60,737 nucleotides of DNA from an uncultured Mollicutes bacterium (lineage in GTDB: Bacteria > Bacillota_I > Bacilli_A > ML615J-28 > CAG-313), in assembly GCA_937875785.1 (NCBI GenBank), contig CALEGV010000007.1, positions 1 through 60,737 on the forward strand. Reading direction: 5' to 3'. Numbering within the stretch: the first letter of the stretch is position 1; each line of letters begins with the position of its first letter. Of the stretch, positions 18,310 through 28,527 are shown one piece after another. The position numbers and the translations under genes are program-made. The notes under the pieces were generated by a model that worked only from the letters and a program-made list of their open reading frames with translations, did no database searches and was not told the origin of the DNA.

Positions 18310-19352
18310 TCTTCATCACCTCCTATAGAAATATGATTTACTTTCAGCATTTGTTTCAAATTATCAACATCATTTCTTAAAATCGTCAAATATGATACTT
18401 GAGGATCATAAAAATCAGTAGCACTTACATTATGACCCGAATGCATAACTAAAATTTTAGCATTTGTATGAAAACGAATCATTTCACATGCCTCTTGATT
18501 GATCAACTCCTTTGCAAAAATAACATCTACATCATTTTCCTTCATTTCACGAATAATCGAAGTCAAAACTTCAATAGAGGGTTCCGACTCTGTTGAGCAA
18601 GTCGCATATGTTAATCGATATTCTAACCCATAAAAAATATGCCAATAGTAAAAGGAAAAAGGGGAACCAAAATACATTGTGTTTCTCTTTGTTGTTTCTT
18701 TAGCAAGTTGAACGGTATCTTTAATCTCCTGATCAATTTCCTTTAATGCTTTGATATACTCACTTGCATTTGTATATATTACATTAGTGATGGGTTTTTC
18801 TGGATATGGATCTTGTAGTATTTCAATCAATGCATCACGAATTTGTTCAACCATATAGGTAGCATATATTGGATAAATCCAATAGTGTGGGTCATATTCA
18901 TGAATATGTGTGTGATCATGACCAGGTTCTTCTTCACCATTGTAGTCTTGGGTCAAATGCGCATCTTCTTCTGATGCTTTAACAAGTTCAATTCTATCAT
19001 CATCTGATAAATTAATAACTTTGGTTTTTTCGCTAAATTCGATATCTTTTACCCATGTTTCCATTTCATCTGCCGTATAGATAAATAAATCAGCACTTTT
19101 GATTGTGATTAAATTTCGAATACTTGGGTCATAAGTATGTGAATCTTGCCCAGGAGGTATGATTAAAGTTACATCAAACAAATTTTTGGTTTCTTCATTA
19201 TCACCAATAATTTTCATTATCATATCATATTCTGGATATAAAGTTGTAACAATTTGTTTTCTTGTAGTTGATTTTGTAATAAATGCACAACTTGATAAAA
19301 TAGATACAACAATGAATAAAAGAAATAAATATGTAATTCTTTTTATTTTCAT
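18306..19352 (-). CDS. Metal-binding lipoprotein of the ABC importer (ZnuA/AdcA-like, His-rich loop)
   Basis: ATG 19352 is 6 nt after AAGGAGG. Lipobox ILSSC. His-rich EEPGHDHTHIHEYDPH suggests zinc. Confidence 0.8.
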   Translation of the reverse strand: MKIKRITYLFLLFIVVSILSSCAFITKSTTRKQIVTTLYPEYDMIMKIIGDNEETKNLFDVTLIIPPGQDSHTYDPSIRNLITIKSADLFIYTADEMETWVKDIEFSEKTKVINLSDDDRIELVKASEEDAHLTQDYNGEEEPGHDHTHIHEYDPHYWIYPIYATYMVEQIRDALIEILQDPYPEKPITNVIYTNASEYIKALKEIDQEIKDTVQLAKETTKRNTMYFGSPFSFYYWHIFYGLEYRLTYATCSTESEPSIEVLTSIIREMKENDVDVIFAKELINQEACEMIRFHTNAKILVMHSGHNVSATDFYDPQVSYLTILRNDVDNLKQMLKVNHISIGGDEE

Positions 19353-19529
19353 AATTTTCCTCCTTCTCAATGATTGATTTGCATTGTTAGTCTTTTTTGA
19401 TTAAATTTTTAACAATACTTGACTTTTCAATTTATATAATAGGTTTAACCTCATTTTGGTAATATTTCTATTTCATACTTTATTCTAATTTATTATACAC
19501 CTTTTTTTTATTTCTATCAACAAAATGAG

Positions 19530-19566
19530 ATATAAAATGAAAACTCCTCAAATGAAGAGTTTTCAT
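19530..19566 (-). terminator. Terminator of the XRE-HAD-TPR-Zn-ribbon operon
   Basis: atgaaaactc (19537-19546) / gagttttcat (19557-19566), a 10-bp perfect stem with a T-rich tail on the minus strand. Confidence 0.65.
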
Positions 19567-19568
19567 TT

Positions 19569-19898
19569 TCATTTATTTTTCACTTTAGAAACCATAACTT
19601 CCTTCGTACCACATTCTGGACAAACCAACACTTTAGCACCATGCTTTGCATTATAAGTTGTGATATCTTTTATAACATGAATTCTAAATTCTTTTTTGCA
19701 AGCAGGACAAGTATACACATACGTAAATGATCTGAAAAGATGAATAAGTAAATACAAAACAATGACAACACCTACATAAATCATTAAAATCCAAATAGGC
19801 CAAGTCAAAAGCAATGTAAATATAAAAGTAATTGGAAATAAGCAAATCATTATAAAATAAATCCACTTCAAAATGATTATTTTTCTCTCATTATTCAT
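19569..19898 (-). CDS. Small membrane protein with C-terminal CxxC...CxxC zinc ribbon
   Basis: 109 aa, two TM helices, then CPACKKEF...CPECG. Confidence 0.6.
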   Translation of the reverse strand: MNNERKIIILKWIYFIMICLFPITFIFTLLLTWPIWILMIYVGVVIVLYLLIHLFRSFTYVYTCPACKKEFRIHVIKDITTYNAKHGAKVLVCPECGTKEVMVSKVKNK

Positions 19899-20928
19899 CC
19901 TTTTTCTCCTTTTGTAGTGTTTCTAATTCTTCTAATTCTTTTAATTGATTGATATACATTGTAGCATTTGTTAATTCAATGGCAATATTTAAAAGATATC
20001 GCGTTGTTTTATAATCACGCAACTGTTTTGTATAACCAATAAAATCCTGAATGGCCTGTATAACAAGAGAGGATACTCCATGTTGTAAGTTATACTTTTC
20101 ATATGTTTTTATAATATCTTGTGGTTGATCAAAACGAATGATACCCGTTTTTTGGGTAATTTCAAGAATGTGTTCTAGATTGGCTTTGTTTTCACTATAG
20201 TAATTACTTGTCATAAAACAACATATAGCAATATCAAAATTTCCTTTTTCTTGGTAATACTTTCCAAGTTCTTGGTAACAAAATGCAAGTTGTTGTTTAT
20301 CATATGCATATTTTAAACTATCTAATGTAAGCTGATAAGCCTCTTCTTTTTTTCCAACTTGTAGATATAAAATAATCAATTCTTGCATAACATACTGACA
20401 TCTAGGATTATATACTAAAGCTTTTTCTAGCGATTCAATAGCTAGTTTTGTATTATTTTCTTTTAAATAAATAGAGGCAAGTTGATACATATAATAAGTA
20501 ACTGGCTCTGGATATCGTTTTATTTTTAAACTTCTAGCTTTTTCTACTGTTTCACAAAATATGAAGTATTCAATCATTTGGTCAAAATCATAATAGTTTT
20601 TTTCTTTGGTATAACTTGCTTTTTCAAAGATACTGACCAAATCAATGAGTATTTTTTTGGCATCTTTTGTTTTTCCTTCTTCAATTAACCCCAAAACAGT
20701 TTCATATGTATGTCGCCTTTCATCTAAAATTTGATGTGTTTTTAAATCTAAACGTTCTTTTATTTTAGGATCTAAATATTCAAAAAGAAGGTTACAGATT
20801 CCATATATAACTTCATCATTCTCTAATTCCCTATATATTTTTAACTCTGTTTGTAGATAAGGCACATCCACATCTTTATCCTTCGTTAATCTTTTCTTGA
20901 TTTCATCTAGGATTTCTTGATTACTCAT
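19891..20928 (-). CDS. TPR-repeat protein
   Basis: 345 aa. Repeated A/Y/L-spaced helical pairs (e.g. AIESLEKALVYNP, YQELGKYYQEKGNFDIAI). Confidence 0.6.
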   Translation of the reverse strand: MSNQEILDEIKKRLTKDKDVDVPYLQTELKIYRELENDEVIYGICNLLFEYLDPKIKERLDLKTHQILDERRHTYETVLGLIEEGKTKDAKKILIDLVSIFEKASYTKEKNYYDFDQMIEYFIFCETVEKARSLKIKRYPEPVTYYMYQLASIYLKENNTKLAIESLEKALVYNPRCQYVMQELIILYLQVGKKEEAYQLTLDSLKYAYDKQQLAFCYQELGKYYQEKGNFDIAICCFMTSNYYSENKANLEHILEITQKTGIIRFDQPQDIIKTYEKYNLQHGVSSLVIQAIQDFIGYTKQLRDYKTTRYLLNIAIELTNATMYINQLKELEELETLQKEKKDE

Positions 20929-21778
20929 TTACATCACCTAAAAATGTGAGGCACTGATATCTATGTGTTTCAATCAATTCCGAAGTCAAAGCCATTTGAT
21001 GAATGATAAGTTTTACAAGATTTTCAAGTTCTGAGTTTTGCGAATAATCGGCTTTACACATATAGCCTACTCTTTTTTCTTTTAACAGGCGCTTGGCGAT
21101 GGAATCATCACCTTTGTGATAAATCGCAATAGATTCTCCACCTTTCATTTTTACAAGTTTCATACATGGAACATCTGTCATACCATCACCAATATAAATC
21201 ATATTTCGATATGGAACCCTTCGATTATCTTTATCTATTAGACTATTTAATTTTGAATCATCCATTTGGTCTAATGAACCTTTTGATATTCTAAAGATAA
21301 ACTGTGTCTTTGTAGTAAAATTGATGACTTGTTTAGGCCAATCCGCATTTCCACTTTTGTTATAATGAAATTCACAAGCATAAATCCTTTTAAAATATTT
21401 AGCAATCGATGTGCCTTCGATAATTTCTTTTACACCTGATGATAAGATATAATGTTCAACTTCAACACCAAGAGATTCACCATACTCATTGATACGTTTA
21501 AACCATGATTTAACACCTTTTAAGAAAATAACATCTTGTCCACGTTTCATAAAAGATTGTTTCGTAATTTCGACTCCTTTTTCTTTCGCTCTTTTAATCA
21601 TTAAAAACATATACGAAAGAATTCTATCCATATTATTCTTGATAGATATTTGATTGGACTCTTCCCAAAACTCACTTGGATTCATACCAATACTAGGAAT
21701 AAAACTATATTCTTGCATATCTTTTGCACATAATGTTTTATCAAAATCATACATTAAAGCAACAATTGGTTTTTTCAT
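20921..21778 (-). CDS. HAD-superfamily hydrolase
   Basis: Motif I YDFDKTL and motif IV IGDGMTDVP. Confidence 0.7.
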   Translation of the reverse strand: MKKPIVALMYDFDKTLCAKDMQEYSFIPSIGMNPSEFWEESNQISIKNNMDRILSYMFLMIKRAKEKGVEITKQSFMKRGQDVIFLKGVKSWFKRINEYGESLGVEVEHYILSSGVKEIIEGTSIAKYFKRIYACEFHYNKSGNADWPKQVINFTTKTQFIFRISKGSLDQMDDSKLNSLIDKDNRRVPYRNMIYIGDGMTDVPCMKLVKMKGGESIAIYHKGDDSIAKRLLKEKRVGYMCKADYSQNSELENLVKLIIHQMALTSELIETHRYQCLTFLGDVNE

Positions 21779-21786
21779 TTCCTCAC

Positions 21787-22425
21787 CTACCGATTTCTTC
21801 CTCTTCGGATAATTCCTTTATAAAAAGCGTATACATATAGTATAGGAGAAGTTAGGGCACCGATGATTGTACCTATAGTCACGATAGCTGAAATCCAAAA
21901 AATATACCACCAGCGAAAAATCATAATTCTTTTTTTAAATAGATAAATGAAAATATAAATACCACTTATAAATCCAATGACAATAAAAGAATATAAAATA
22001 GATACACCTGTAATGGACTGTACAACAACCTCTTCTGGATACGCTTGTTGTAGGGATTCTAATGTAGTTTTGGATAATAGAAAAACAATTACAAAACATA
22101 TAGGGATAATAATTAAATATGAAATATAAAATGACATTAAGGTCCTACTTCCTAGATACCAGTTATAATCCGATCTTGTTTTCCCTTTTTTCATCCTGTT
22201 TCCAGCGTCAGTTCTTTCTGACAAAATATCTCTTTCTAAAAAATCCTCAACATGAATTCTTAAAAATGGACACATTCTTCTTATTTCACTATCTGTTGGG
22301 TCAAGTTTTCCCTTCTCCCAAAGAACTACAGTTTCAACAGAAACACCCATTTTTTCAGCAAATTCTTCCTTTGAAAGCCTTGCTTCTTCTCTTAAAACTT
22401 TAATATTAGTATGAATATTAGACAT
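21787..22425 (-). CDS. Membrane-anchored XRE-family HTH protein
   Basis: ATG 22425 after AAGGGGTG. N-terminal LSKEEFAEKMGVSVETVVLWEKGK HTH, followed by about 4 TM helices. Confidence 0.65.
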   Translation of the reverse strand: MSNIHTNIKVLREEARLSKEEFAEKMGVSVETVVLWEKGKLDPTDSEIRRMCPFLRIHVEDFLERDILSERTDAGNRMKKGKTRSDYNWYLGSRTLMSFYISYLIIIPICFVIVFLLSKTTLESLQQAYPEEVVVQSITGVSILYSFIVIGFISGIYIFIYLFKKRIMIFRWWYIFWISAIVTIGTIIGALTSPILYVYAFYKGIIRRGRNR

Positions 22426-22696
22426 AACAACACCCCTTATGTATATTATACCATTTTTTCCAAAAAAGCACAAATCTTACACGTATAAACTCTTCAAAAG
22501 AAAAAATGAATATATTTTTTAACCAAATAGTCTTTTTTATTCCACTTTTCCTTCTACTTCTTATAAAATATAGAAAATAAGTTGAAACATATGCTATAAA
22601 AAGGATAAACATGATTCTAAAATGTCAACAATTTTGAGAAAATAAATTGACTAAATGATAGAAATTGTGATATAATGAATATAAGGAGGAATTAAA

Positions 22697-23167
22697 ATGA
22701 AAAACAATAACCACAAACAAACCAAGACGATTTTAAAAGTTGTGGGAACTATCACCGTAATTGTCGGACTTATTTTGTTGTTGCGTGGAATAATACCATT
22801 TTTTCGTGGCGATACAGACACATTTTTTCTTACATTTATCAGTATGCCTTTACTTTTTATTGGTATTTCATCTCTAATGCTAGGCTTTATGGGGGAAATG
22901 AATAAATATGTAGCAGACGAGCAGAAACCTGTTGCTAAAGACGTTGCCAATTATATGATAGATGGTACTCGTGAACAAATTGTTCAAACAGTGAAAGAAA
23001 TCAAGGGTGAATCTTATCCTATTTGCCCTACATGTGGAACGAAAAACGAACCAAATGCACAGTTCTGTGACAATTGTGGAACCCCTCTTTCTAAGATATG
23101 TAGCCAATGTGGCGAACAAAACGACAGCGACGCAAATTTCTGTCGAAAATGTGGTAAAAAACTATAG
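22697..23167 (+). CDS. Membrane protein with double zinc-ribbon C-terminus
   Basis: 156 aa, 2 TM, then CPTCG..FCDNCG and CSQCG..FCRKCG. Confidence 0.65.
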   Translation: MKNNNHKQTKTILKVVGTITVIVGLILLLRGIIPFFRGDTDTFFLTFISMPLLFIGISSLMLGFMGEMNKYVADEQKPVAKDVANYMIDGTREQIVQTVKEIKGESYPICPTCGTKNEPNAQFCDNCGTPLSKICSQCGEQNDSDANFCRKCGKKL

Positions 23168-23302
23168 GCAATATTTCTTGTATTGATTTGATACAAAAGT
23201 AGGGTTTAAATATAAGAATATTATTTGAAAAGATTTTTTGAATTCCTCATGGTACTATATACCTACTACTTCACTTTAAATCATAATAGACAACATAAAA
23301 TT

Positions 23303-23334
23303 AGGGCTTATTCCAAACAGGAATAGGCCTTTTC
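23303..23334 (+). terminator. Plus-strand terminator about 140 nt after the zinc-ribbon gene
   Basis: ggcttattcc (23305-23314) / ggaataggcc (23320-23329) with one G-U pair, then ttttc. Confidence 0.6.
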
Positions 23335-23493
23335 AAATACAACTATTCAAAATAGTATGATAACATTACTTGACTTTTCTTTTCTATATTTCGTATCTAC
23401 AATCCATTTATTTTATTGATTAAAATCTCTAATCTTCAAGCAATAATCATAAATTTGAAGGTTCTATATTATAGTAATTAGATTTCTATTCGT

Positions 23494-23535
23494 AATAAAA
23501 GACACAAATATGCTTTATTCCATATTTGTGTCTTT
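23494..23535 (-). terminator. Terminator of the Hsp20 gene
   Basis: 15-bp perfect stem aaagacacaaatatg / catatttgtgtcttt. A T-run follows on the minus strand. Confidence 0.85.
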
Positions 23536-23538
23536 ATT

Positions 23539-23979
23539 TTAATTTATAGGTATATATTTTGTTGTGTCTTGTTTCGTTTCATCAAATTCTGGTATAACAA
23601 CGGTTAAAACACCATTATGATACGTTGCATTTGCCTTAGCATCATCACTACATCCTACATAAAATGTTCTAGAATATTGACCACTAAAACGTTCTTGGTG
23701 TAAATATTCATATTCATCATCAGTGGTATTCACTGTTGATGATGGTGCTTTATCCACCATAATTGTTAAATATCCCTGATCAAGTTTTACTTGAATATCA
23801 TCCTTTGTATATCCAGGAATTTCAACATCAAAAACATAGTTTCCTTTTCTTTTTGAAATATCAGTTCTCATGAAACCTTTTGTATATGTTCCATTGTACC
23901 AATTACTATCAAAAAAATCATCAAAAATACTTGGTGTATATACTGGTTTTGTATATTTCCAATTTGTTATTTTACTCAT
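23539..23979 (-). CDS. Hsp20/alpha-crystallin small heat-shock protein
   Basis: ATG 23979 after GGAG. Alpha-crystallin core YVFDVEIPGYTKDDIQVKLDQGYLTI...HNGVLTVVIP. Confidence 0.85.
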   Translation of the reverse strand: MSKITNWKYTKPVYTPSIFDDFFDSNWYNGTYTKGFMRTDISKRKGNYVFDVEIPGYTKDDIQVKLDQGYLTIMVDKAPSSTVNTTDDEYEYLHQERFSGQYSRTFYVGCSDDAKANATYHNGVLTVVIPEFDETKQDTTKYIPIN

Positions 23980-24194
23980 AATTATCTCCATTTTTTTATT
24001 AGTATACCAAATTGAAAACATATTTATACAAATAAAAAAAGAAAAGTTTAAAGAAGCACTTTAAACCATTCTCTCTTGCATTTTAATTATGAAAACCAAC
24101 CTATATAAGTTTCACATAAATAGTATATTATATTTTACAAAAATAGTCAATATCTTATAAAATAGAATGCAAAAAATTACTATTAGAATGCACA

Positions 24195-25142
24195 CTATTT
24201 TTGGTTACTTTCAATCTCTTTTTTCTTCAGCCATTTATCTTGCATTTTGTCTACATATAATAATAACAAAAAGCCAATAATAGCAAATACAACTGCCAAG
24301 ACAATCTGAAGTACTAAATGAGATTGAATAGATGCCAAAAGATCAGGATATGGTAAAACTCTTTTTTGATATGCATCTTTAAAAATAGTAATTGGTGAAA
24401 CAACTAATAAAGCAAGAATTGCATACCAAATAATAGAAGCATGCTTATCTAATAGTTTAGAAATTACTCTTGCAATACCTATTGTACCAATGAAAATGCC
24501 AACAATAAATGGGAATATAAACCAAGCTTTATTGAATAGTGGTTGAAAGTCGAAATGCCCTAATCCCTTGATTATTTCCCCAAGAGTTGTCATCAAAGGA
24601 TAATACACACCAAAGATTAAAAGGATAGTCATTCCACTTGCGGCAGGAATAATCATTGTTGCACTACCCAATGTGGAAATGAGAATAATATATACTATTC
24701 CCAAAATACTTGCTTTTTCAAAATTGGTATTGATAGAAATATTCAATTCTTCACTAAATGCCATTACTAAAGCAATTGCTAAAAAACATATAAAGGTTAT
24801 TATACTTCCTATTGTACATTCTGTTTTTTTAATGTTTTTGATTACAACGGGAATGGTTCCAAAAACAAATCCTACAAATAATCCCGACATAATAATTGGA
24901 AAATGGTTTAAACATGCAACAATAGTGATTGCAGCAAGACCCAAACCACATAAAGCACCAATAATATATACCCATAATTCCTTTAGAGCTTGTAGTGGTC
25001 TTTTAGATAATTTAGCCACTGATTCTGTAAATTTTTCATATATTCCAAGTATCAAAAGCATTGTTCCACCACTAAATCCTGGTATCATGCAACTCATTCC
25101 AAAAAGGATTCCTTGTATTAGTTCGATTAATCTTCTTTTCAT
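24195..25142 (-). CDS. DUF368-family membrane protein (family recently linked to undecaprenyl-phosphate translocation)
   Basis: 315 aa, about 8-9 TM. Signature IPGFSGGTMLLILGIYE near the N-terminus, with an internal repeat IPAASGMTILLIFG. Confidence 0.7.
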   Translation of the reverse strand: MKRRLIELIQGILFGMSCMIPGFSGGTMLLILGIYEKFTESVAKLSKRPLQALKELWVYIIGALCGLGLAAITIVACLNHFPIIMSGLFVGFVFGTIPVVIKNIKKTECTIGSIITFICFLAIALVMAFSEELNISINTNFEKASILGIVYIILISTLGSATMIIPAASGMTILLIFGVYYPLMTTLGEIIKGLGHFDFQPLFNKAWFIFPFIVGIFIGTIGIARVISKLLDKHASIIWYAILALLVVSPITIFKDAYQKRVLPYPDLLASIQSHLVLQIVLAVVFAIIGFLLLLYVDKMQDKWLKKKEIESNQK

Positions 25143-26563
25143 TTTTTCTCCTTTTGTAATTTAATATAATTTGCAATAGTTTTATGATAAAAACCTATAC
25201 TTATAGTCAAAAACAAAAATATATAAGTGACTAGTTGAACCAAAATATTTGGTATTAAAAAAACAATAAGATAGAACACTGCTATCATGATAAGAATATA
25301 TATCATGTTTTTCATATTTTTTAATTTCATTTTATTCAATAAGTATCTATCACATACTACATACCAAATAAATAAACATATGACACTAGCAATTGAGATG
25401 GGATAAGTATGATATGAAATTTTATATGCAATAAAATTAGCACAAAATGATAGGATTAGAATACACAAGCAAATGAAAAAATATTGTTTGTGCTTTCCAA
25501 AAACTTTAAAGTAATTATGCATCAATATTGAAATTGATGATGAAAATGAAATTGCTGGAATAATAATTTTAAAAATAATTATCGAATCCATATAATCTTG
25601 TAAGAAGGTTTCAACAATATAGGCAATTGGAAAAAAACCAATGATACAAAAAAACAATAGCATTAATAACAAACTACTAAATTCTATATAATGTTTTTCC
25701 AAAGTCTTTGGGCTTGTTGTTTTCATCATTGGAAAAACAACAACTGATATGGTTGAAATAATTGTTGTAAATAGGGATAAAATACTATAGGCAAACGAAT
25801 ATGAACCATATGTATTATAATCAAATAAAACATTAACAAATTGTCTATCCAAATTCAATATCAATGTTACAATCGTATTTGATATTAGCAAAATACTACC
25901 ATTAAAGAAGATTTCTTTACATAGACTCTTTACTTCTTTCAATTTATAAATTTTTCCAAAAAGAATCTTGCGATAATTCACTATATATATTAGTAAAACA
26001 ATGATGTATGATATAATGACGAGAATGATAAACAAATATGGCGATTGATAGCTACTTGTATAACTCCATAAGAAAAATATAATTAAACATGATAGAATTT
26101 GAAATATAGATTGAATGATATTTAATATAGAAAATTCTTTAAATCGCATAGTTACTTGAGAAATAGTTCTTAAATAACCTAAAAAATGATTTGGTATGAT
26201 TGTTAAAGCCAATAATAGAAAAATAATTTTATATTCATTTTGTAAAAATACAAGAGAAATAAAAATTGTGCTTGTCACAACAATGGTATCAATACTAAAT
26301 AAAATGATGGTTAGCGTTCTTAGTTCACGATAATCAATTTCATCATACATTTTACCAGAATATTTTAAGTACACACCTTCAATGAACCCAAAATGCATCA
26401 TCCCAAAATAAGTTAAATACAATGTATATGTTTTATAAATACCATAATTATATTCGCCTAATGCTTTAGGTACCAAAAAGCCAATCAATACACCCGATAT
26501 TAAAACAATGATTTGACCAATTAAAACTTGAAAAATACTTTTATTTATTTTTAATTTTGTCAT
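25139..26563 (-). CDS. Polysaccharide flippase (Wzx, MOP superfamily)
   Basis: About 474 aa from MTKLKINKS (26563), which removes the overlap with the upstream GT2 gene. Roughly 12-14 TM helices. Confidence 0.65.
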   Translation of the reverse strand: MTKLKINKSIFQVLIGQIIVLISGVLIGFLVPKALGEYNYGIYKTYTLYLTYFGMMHFGFIEGVYLKYSGKMYDEIDYRELRTLTIILFSIDTIVVTSTIFISLVFLQNEYKIIFLLLALTIIPNHFLGYLRTISQVTMRFKEFSILNIIQSIFQILSCLIIFFLWSYTSSYQSPYLFIILVIISYIIVLLIYIVNYRKILFGKIYKLKEVKSLCKEIFFNGSILLISNTIVTLILNLDRQFVNVLFDYNTYGSYSFAYSILSLFTTIISTISVVVFPMMKTTSPKTLEKHYIEFSSLLLMLLFFCIIGFFPIAYIVETFLQDYMDSIIIFKIIIPAISFSSSISILMHNYFKVFGKHKQYFFICLCILILSFCANFIAYKISYHTYPISIASVICLFIWYVVCDRYLLNKMKLKNMKNMIYILIMIAVFYLIVFLIPNILVQLVTYIFLFLTISIGFYHKTIANYIKLQKEKK

Positions 26564-26567
26564 ATGC

Positions 26568-27437
26568 TTACAACTTATAAACCTTAGATATAATTTTTGT
26601 AACAAAAAATAGAAATGATTTATCATGATAATCATATTTTTTGTTATTTACTATACAATATAAGACCCAGTATTTCATATAATATCTGATTCTCCATCGT
26701 AATGGCAGTTTTTCTTTTTTCATTATCACACTTATTTTATTGAATGCGTCAATCAAAAAACCTTCTGCGTTTTTCTTTAAATGCTCTTTTGAATTACTCG
26801 TTATACCATCTTCTTGATACTCAACAATTTTTAACCCTTCATTATAACAAGCTAGTTTATAATTTAATCCAATTTGATCAAAAACATATCGTTCGGGAAC
26901 AAATTTATAATTTCCTTCTGGAAAAGATTGCTCTTTTAACAAAGATGTTTTAATTGCTTCAATACAATCACCATATTGTCTCTTTCTACGATAATGGAAA
27001 TCTAAATAGGATAAAATAAGTCCATCATATTCAAAAGTATCACCAATCATTGTATGATTCGTATCTACACACTTGGCCATGATTCCTGCTAATTCCTGAT
27101 CATTTTCATTTATTTTTTGGTTTAGAAAAGATAAGCAATTTGGGACAAGATAATCATCTGAATCAAGAATGATAAAATATTCCCCTTCTGCCTCTTTAAA
27201 TCCACGATTGAGTGCGGTATGTTTTCCACCATTATTTTTTGCTATGTATCTTAGCCTCGAATCCACTATTTTTTCAATTTCCTTTTTAGTATCATCTGTT
27301 GATCCATCATCAATAACTAATAGTTCAAAATCGTTAAAATCTTGTACTAAAACGCTATGAATTGCTCTTTGAACCAATGAGGAACGATTATAGGTTGGAA
27401 TGCATACAGTAAATCTCTTCATTTCTGTTTTCCTCAT
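26568..27437 (-). CDS. Glycosyltransferase family 2
   Basis: FTVCIPTYNRSSL, LVIDDGSTD and ILDSDD motifs. Confidence 0.8.
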   Translation of the reverse strand: MRKTEMKRFTVCIPTYNRSSLVQRAIHSVLVQDFNDFELLVIDDGSTDDTKKEIEKIVDSRLRYIAKNNGGKHTALNRGFKEAEGEYFIILDSDDYLVPNCLSFLNQKINENDQELAGIMAKCVDTNHTMIGDTFEYDGLILSYLDFHYRRKRQYGDCIEAIKTSLLKEQSFPEGNYKFVPERYVFDQIGLNYKLACYNEGLKIVEYQEDGITSNSKEHLKKNAEGFLIDAFNKISVIMKKEKLPLRWRIRYYMKYWVLYCIVNNKKYDYHDKSFLFFVTKIISKVYKL

Positions 27438-28527
27438 CTTCCTTTTTATAATTCACTAATCCAATGGAAACAATTATCCATAACCAAAGTGAGACAGTCA
27501 TATTATTATTCAATAGGATTAATTCAAAAGTAACTAATATTAAAATGGATATCCAAACCATTAAGTAACTTTTTTTCTTATTTAAAATGTTTATAGCAAG
27601 TAGAATAAAGAAAAGCAGAATAGGAAGCAATGTAAGATAACCGCCTACTAAATAGATAAATATATATAAATTATGAGTGGAAAAACTAATTTCAAATGAT
27701 TGTAAGTAATTGTTCCCAAGACCTAAACCATAAAATATGTTGGGTTGAGATAAGGCGGTTTTCCAAATAACATGTCTTCCGGAAAAAAAGTTTTCTCCCG
27801 TTTTTTCTTTCACAAACGTATTAATCATTGTACCAAGTGAAGTTGTCGATAGATTTACATAAAAATATGGAAATACCCATAGAGCAAGCATGCCTAAACA
27901 AAATAAAATGGTAATCATCTTTTTCGATTTTACTCTTTTTATCATGAATAACCCTATCCAATATATGACAACAATCAAAGCAGAAGTTCTTTCTCCTAAA
28001 ACATATAACAGGAAAAAGGAAAGAAGGAAAGTCAAAACATGATGCCTTTTATACAAAATAACTAGAATGCCTCCCAACAAAGCTTTGTAATAGGTTGTTG
28101 AAATAATTCTATTCTCCATCTTTAATAAATTTAATCCTATGCTGATTATCGCCAAAACAACTGTAATAATTTCTATTCTGCTCGTAATTGCATCAAATAC
28201 TTTTTGATTTAATTGTAGCTTTGTCGCTACTACAGGAATTAACAATAGTGCTGTAATTTGGAAAAAGACATACACTGCTTGAAAATTAAAGCGAGCGATT
28301 AAATTACATACATTAATCACTAAAATGATAAGATATAATGAAAAAATAGCATCTATTTTCCAATGTATAAATTTTATAATCGTTGCAATAAATAAAACTA
28401 TAAAGAAAAGCAGAATGCATATAAACCCAATTTTTGAAATAATAGAAATATTAAACAAATATAATAATGATAAAACTAAAGAAATGGTAACAAAATGAAT
28501 GAGTTTTTTTTCATTTTTAGTAATCAT
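27388..28527 (-). CDS. O-antigen polymerase/ligase-like membrane protein (Wzy)
   Basis: 379 aa, about 10-11 TM with one larger loop. Located between GT genes and Wzx. Confidence 0.6.
   Translation of the reverse strand: MITKNEKKLIHFVTISLVLSLLYLFNISIISKIGFICILLFFIVLFIATIIKFIHWKIDAIFSLYLIILVINVCNLIARFNFQAVYVFFQITALLLIPVVATKLQLNQKVFDAITSRIEIITVVLAIISIGLNLLKMENRIISTTYYKALLGGILVILYKRHHVLTFLLSFFLLYVLGERTSALIVVIYWIGLFMIKRVKSKKMITILFCLGMLALWVFPYFYVNLSTTSLGTMINTFVKEKTGENFFSGRHVIWKTALSQPNIFYGLGLGNNYLQSFEISFSTHNLYIFIYLVGGYLTLLPILLFFILLAINILNKKKSYLMVWISILILVTFELILLNNNMTVSLWLWIIVSIGLVNYKKEDEENRNEEIYCMHSNL

Noticed and set aside
19353-19470. Searched for a Zur or AdcR operator upstream of the Zn-type ABC operon
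   Set aside because: Only a 7-bp inverted pair (attgtta / taacaat) about 20 bp apart was found. It does not match known Zur or AdcR consensus sequences well enough to call.
24022-24194. Searched for a CIRCE (HrcA) operator upstream of the Hsp20 gene
   Set aside because: No TTAGCACTC-N9-GAGTGCTAA-like inverted repeat is present.
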